A stretch of 64,000 nt of DNA. It comes from a bacterium. Its GTDB lineage: Bacteria > Electryoneota > Electryoneia > Electryoneales > Electryoneaceae. The stretch lies in NCBI GenBank assembly GCA_963669175.1, contig OY769902.1, positions 5,280,001 to 5,344,000 on the forward strand, given 5' to 3'. Under the pieces are notes generated by a model. The model was not told the DNA's origin. It searched no databases and saw nothing but the letters and a program-made list of their open reading frames with translations. The position numbers and the translations under genes are program-made. Below, in pieces: positions 60,089-64,000 of the stretch (position 1 is its first letter; the number at the start of each line of letters is the position of its first letter).

Positions 60089-61402
60089 TTAAATCAACTT
60101 CCTTTCCTTCGCATACCGTTCCAGCTCTTCACGGAACTTGGGATGCGCAATGGAAATCAGCATCTTGGCGCGTTCACGGAAGGTCTTGCCATGCAGGTTG
60201 ACCGCCCCGTATTCCGTGACGACCCAGTGAACATCCGCACGTCCGGTTACCACTCCAGCGCCCGGCTTTAACTGGGGAACGATACGGCTGATCGCATCTT
60301 CCTTGGCTGTAGCCGGAAGCGCGATGATTGGCTTGCCACCCTTACTTCGTGCAGCGCCACGGATGAAGTCCACCTGCCCACCGAAACCGCTGTACAGGCG
60401 TGGGCCAATACTATCGGCGCAAACCTGCCCGGTGATGTCAATCTCCAGGGCGGAGTTAATCGCAACCATCTTTTCATTTTGAGAAATCACATACACGTCG
60501 TTGACATATTCCTGCGGACGGAACTCGAAGATCGGGTTGTTGTCAACGAAATTGAATGTCGATTGTGATCCCAGAACGAACCCGGCTACGATTTTGCCAC
60601 GGTGTAGTGTCTTTTTCTCGTTGTTGACCACACCCTCATCGACCAGGTCAACAATACCGTCACTGAACATCTCGGTATGAATCCCGAGATCCTTTTTGTC
60701 ACGGAGGAAATGCAGCACGGCGTCCGGAATGGCGCCAATTCCCATCTGCATGGTGGAACCATCTTCAATCAATTCCACGATATTCGCGCCGATCCTTGCC
60801 GGGACAACATTGGTTGGGTCATCCAGGTCAAAATCAAACTGCGGCATTTCCAGCAGGTCTTTTTCAAGCTCGACCACATAGTCCAGTTTGTTGACATGGA
60901 TAAACGCATCGCCCAGGGTACGCGGCATCTTCGGGTTGACCATGGCAATGACTGTCTTGGCATGTTCTGTCGGGAGCTTGGTAACGCCGACATCCAGGCC
61001 ATACGAACAGAAGCCGTGTTCATCCGGTGGTGAAACATGAATCAGGGATACATCGATAGGCAGCAAGCCATCACGAACCAGCGAAGGCACTTCACCGAGG
61101 AAAATCGGCATGGCATCCGCACGGCCGTCCTGGACAGCCTTTCGAGCGTTATGCCCGATAAACAGCGCCAGGTGGCGGAAATGCTTCTCGTACTGGGGTT
61201 CCATGTATTCCAGATGTCCCATGGCGAGAATGTGTATCAATGTTACATCGTACAGATTGTCCTTGCGACGTACCATGGCGTCCAGCAGTGGCGTTGGCAC
61301 TGCACATCCCGGCATCACCCAGACATTATCGCCACTATGGATCGCTTCTACAGCTTCATCGGCTGTACAGCGTTTGGCATGGTAACGCTCCAACCACTTC
61401 AT
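60089..61402 (-). CDS. Acetyl-CoA hydrolase/4-hydroxybutyrate CoA-transferase family
   Basis: QMGIGAIP, GIHTEM, SGFGGQVDF and VTEYG motifs; ATGA overlap with the upstream gene. Confidence 0.92.
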   Translation of the reverse strand: MKWLERYHAKRCTADEAVEAIHSGDNVWVMPGCAVPTPLLDAMVRRKDNLYDVTLIHILAMGHLEYMEPQYEKHFRHLALFIGHNARKAVQDGRADAMPIFLGEVPSLVRDGLLPIDVSLIHVSPPDEHGFCSYGLDVGVTKLPTEHAKTVIAMVNPKMPRTLGDAFIHVNKLDYVVELEKDLLEMPQFDFDLDDPTNVVPARIGANIVELIEDGSTMQMGIGAIPDAVLHFLRDKKDLGIHTEMFSDGIVDLVDEGVVNNEKKTLHRGKIVAGFVLGSQSTFNFVDNNPIFEFRPQEYVNDVYVISQNEKMVAINSALEIDITGQVCADSIGPRLYSGFGGQVDFIRGAARSKGGKPIIALPATAKEDAISRIVPQLKPGAGVVTGRADVHWVVTEYGAVNLHGKTFRERAKMLISIAHPKFREELERYAKERKLI

Positions 61403-62511
61403 CTCACCACCTCCTCTGCCGGGCGCCAATCCACTTGAAATGCACGTGCTACCGGCTCATTTGTCACCTCTCCCTTGAACAGGTTCAGGCCGGAGGTCAG
61501 GTAAGGATGACGTATCGCTTCATCCACTCCATTTTCGACAATCCGTTTTGCCAGCGGTAATACATGGTTCTGGAACGACCGTGAAGCCGTCCTCGGCACA
61601 ACCGCCGGCATGTTGGGTACACAATAGTGAATCACACCTTCATCCGTGTAAACAGGGTTTGAAATGCTCGTCGGACGGCTGGTTTCTGAGATGCCGCCCT
61701 GATCTATGCTCACATCCACCAGGACTGCGCCCGGCTTCATGCGTTGGATATGACGGCGCTTGATCCGGTGCTCGCCCGGATTATCCACAAGCACAGCGCC
61801 GATCAGGATATCGACAAAGGAAACCAGCTTGTCCAGGTTGTTATCATGAATAACTGCGGTTTGCAACTCTCTGCCAAGATGATGTACCGCATGACGCAAC
61901 GGGCTGATCTTATGATCAACCAGGATGACATGTGCGCCCAATGCCATCGCAGTATGTGCCGCCTCTGTGCCAACCACACCAGCGCCAATAATACCCACAC
62001 TGGCCGCAGGTACGCCGGGCAGTCCTTTCAGCATGATACCACGTCCACCGGCATCCACATGCAGATATTTGGCCCCAACCTGAACAGCCAGAGTGCCGGC
62101 AATCTCACTCATGGCATGGCGAATGGGATGCTCACCGCGCAGGTTGACCATATCCTCGAGGCCAACGGCAGTAATCGACCGTTCCACCAAGGTGTCAAAC
62201 ACTTCGTGACGCGCTAATGCCAACTGGAGAAAACTCAGCAGGCAAGCGCCTTCAAGCATCAAATTCGCTTCTTCAATGTTGGGCGGTAAAACTTTGATTA
62301 CCAGATCAGCTCGTCCATACGTCTCTTCAGGACTGAAGGTTATCGTCGCACCTACCGCTTCATAATGTGCATCTGTCCACCCTGCCGCCTGGCCTGCGTC
62401 ATGTTCCACATATACCGTAGCCCCGGCATCGGACAACTCACGCACACCCGCTGGGGTCAACCCGACACGACGTTCATCTACAAACTGTTCTCGTGGCACA
62501 CCCACATTCAT
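61399..62511 (-). CDS. Alanine dehydrogenase-like protein (divergent active site)
   Basis: GVPRE, ERRVGLTP, MSEIAG, GAGVVG, DVSIDQGG and HYCVPNMP motifs; start after AGGAGG. Confidence 0.85.
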   Translation of the reverse strand: MNVGVPREQFVDERRVGLTPAGVRELSDAGATVYVEHDAGQAAGWTDAHYEAVGATITFSPEETYGRADLVIKVLPPNIEEANLMLEGACLLSFLQLALARHEVFDTLVERSITAVGLEDMVNLRGEHPIRHAMSEIAGTLAVQVGAKYLHVDAGGRGIMLKGLPGVPAASVGIIGAGVVGTEAAHTAMALGAHVILVDHKISPLRHAVHHLGRELQTAVIHDNNLDKLVSFVDILIGAVLVDNPGEHRIKRRHIQRMKPGAVLVDVSIDQGGISETSRPTSISNPVYTDEGVIHYCVPNMPAVVPRTASRSFQNHVLPLAKRIVENGVDEAIRHPYLTSGLNLFKGEVTNEPVARAFQVDWRPAEEVVR

Positions 62512-62756
62512 GGGGTCGGTCCTCCTGTGGTTCTTGTATTGTGCTCGGAAGGTACGCTCAAAATACCGGCAGGGCAAAGGAATCCAACACATTGAAAAAG
62601 CAGAGTACCCAGGTCGGAGATCCCGGACTTCCTCCTTTATGTTTAATTTTTACAACAACCTGAACTTGGGCAGCCTTAATCGTGGATGTGCTGACCTTCA
62701 GGTAAAAATATAGACTTGTACATCCAACTTTACGATATTGCTTTGACAATGTTCAC

Positions 62757-63143
62757 TTGGCTGAAAACAGGAGCAACCTCGTGCATAACTACCGTGATGA
62801 TTTACTGGATTATTTTGAGGAGAAATTTATCCGTGATCCTGTCCTCCTGCGCAGCCAGATGATGGGACACCCGGGATTCAAATTCTCTCATAACAACAAG
62901 TTTCTTCTGTTCTGTTATGAAGACGGAATCGTGATAAAACTTCCGCCGGAGAAATATGAACTTGTTTTGGAGCGTGATGATGTCACTCCCTTCATGCCCG
63001 GCAATGACAAACGACCGATGAGTACCTGGATTGTCTGGAGTGTTCCGGAACCGGCAGATTATGAAAAGGATTGGCAGATTATTACATGGGCTTACGATTA
63101 TACTGCAACCGAAGCGCCGAATAAAAAGCGAAAAGGAAAATGA
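62757..63143 (+). CDS. Hypothetical protein (TfoX N-terminal-like)
   Basis: MMGHPGF...IVIKLP...PF.PG..RPMSTW. The start may be the GTG at 62781. Confidence 0.55.
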   Translation: MAENRSNLVHNYRDDLLDYFEEKFIRDPVLLRSQMMGHPGFKFSHNNKFLLFCYEDGIVIKLPPEKYELVLERDDVTPFMPGNDKRPMSTWIVWSVPEPADYEKDWQIITWAYDYTATEAPNKKRKGK

Positions 63144-63242
63144 ATTGCAATGATTGCGAACAACTACTCCCCGAGGCGGGGTGAGTTTTGTATATTTAAT
63201 ATTCACGCGGTGGGCGCGTCATTCTGGATTAAGGCTGGCATC

Positions 63243-64000
63243 ATGTTACGACTTTCATGTGTGGTTGCTTTGCTTGGAATACTGGCAGTGTGCGCGTTTG
63301 CCCAGGATTCCGGCATTGTAGATGACGTGGACCCTGATCGCCGTGTGATCGCAGTGCTTGACCTCGATATGTCTTCCGGTGTCCCCGAAAGCTACCAGCG
63401 TCCCCTTTCCGACAGGCTCAGGCAGGAACTCTTCAATACCGGCTCGTATACTGTGGTCGAACGTAATTCCATGAAAGAAATCATGGATGAGCAGGGACTG
63501 CAGATGAGTGGTTGCACCTCCAATGAGTGCGCGATTGAGGTGGGCCGCTTGCTGGGCGTCAAGTGGATCATCGCCGGATCGCTGGGAAAAGTAGGGCAGA
63601 CCTATACAATCAGCCTGCGAATGATCGATGTGGAAACGTCCGAAATCCTGAAGGCGGAAAGTGTTGACTGTCCCTGCAGTATTGATGACGTCCTGACCTC
63701 CACCCTGCGACGAGCTGCTCTCGCAATGGCGGATATGTCGGACAAGGAGTATGTCGCGCCGGACGATTTCGAAAGCGATGATGAGGACTATACTAAACCC
63801 ACCTGGAAATGGTGGTCACGCGCCGCCCGTGGGGATATTGTAACCACCCCGGAACTGGACCGTAACTACGGTTTCCTGGCCCTGAAAGCAGGCGGCGAAA
63901 GATATGGAATACGCGGAGGGTGGCTGCGTGAATCCGGGGCATGTGTGGCGATTGAAGTCAGCGCCGGTGAGACACCCAAACCTGCGCTGCTGGCGGTGAC
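63243..64000 (+). CDS. CsgG/HfaB-family secreted protein, truncated by window end
   Basis: Own translation: MLRLSCVVALLGILAVCAFAQ...IAVLDL...TVVERNSMKEIMDEQGLQMSGCTSNECAIEVGRLLGV...GSLGKVG...RMIDVET. Confidence 0.8.
   Translation, partial: MLRLSCVVALLGILAVCAFAQDSGIVDDVDPDRRVIAVLDLDMSSGVPESYQRPLSDRLRQELFNTGSYTVVERNSMKEIMDEQGLQMSGCTSNECAIEVGRLLGVKWIIAGSLGKVGQTYTISLRMIDVETSEILKAESVDCPCSIDDVLTSTLRRAALAMADMSDKEYVAPDDFESDDEDYTKPTWKWWSRAARGDIVTTPELDRNYGFLALKAGGERYGIRGGWLRESGACVAIEVSAGETPKPALLAV

Noticed and set aside
4149-62592. Longest-ORF starts in the supplied track (4149, 5383, 18376, 26298, 32202, 34530, 39982, 45032, 61429, 62592)
   Set aside because: Downstream starts have better RBSs or place signal peptides and family N-termini correctly.

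Overview
A gene-dense 64 kb bacterial chromosome segment. It probably comes from a non-Bacteroidota FCB-superphylum lineage (inference: six proteins end in T9SS-type C-terminal sorting domains, and a TonB receptor sits next to a PorV-like barrel with no SusD). Bases 1-27.4 kb hold an alpha-glucan utilisation locus: TonB receptor C-terminus, 1200-aa secreted protein, PorV/PorQ barrel, multi-CBM protein, GH13, GH133-like debrancher, GH57 lipoprotein, MalE-MalF fusion, MalG and MalK. The remainder holds a DUF1998 helicase-exonuclease fusion, two sensor proteins, MmgE/PrpD, two glycosyltransferases, DinB, typA, a methyltransferase-bshC-bshB1-bshA bacillithiol operon, Crp, ManC, a CoA transferase and a divergent alanine dehydrogenase. 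The most striking unexplained signal is non-coding. Five consecutive gene junctions of the glucan operon are each filled, from stop codon to next RBS, by a modular AT-rich cassette with CAGGAT-rich left arms and complementary ATCCTG-rich right arms. In four of them the left arm ends in a positionally fixed ATG-AAA that opens either a Lys-rich mini-ORF or a ~25% GC 326-aa cargo gene. Other highlights are related stop-codon-adjacent repeats, REP-like doublets, a 244-bp MITE with a visible empty site, and two secreted class II glutamine-amidotransferase-like (Ntn) proteins whose catalytic Cys directly follows the signal peptide. No rRNA, tRNA, CRISPR, integrase or transposase was recognised. All product calls come from motif recognition by eye, not from database searches.
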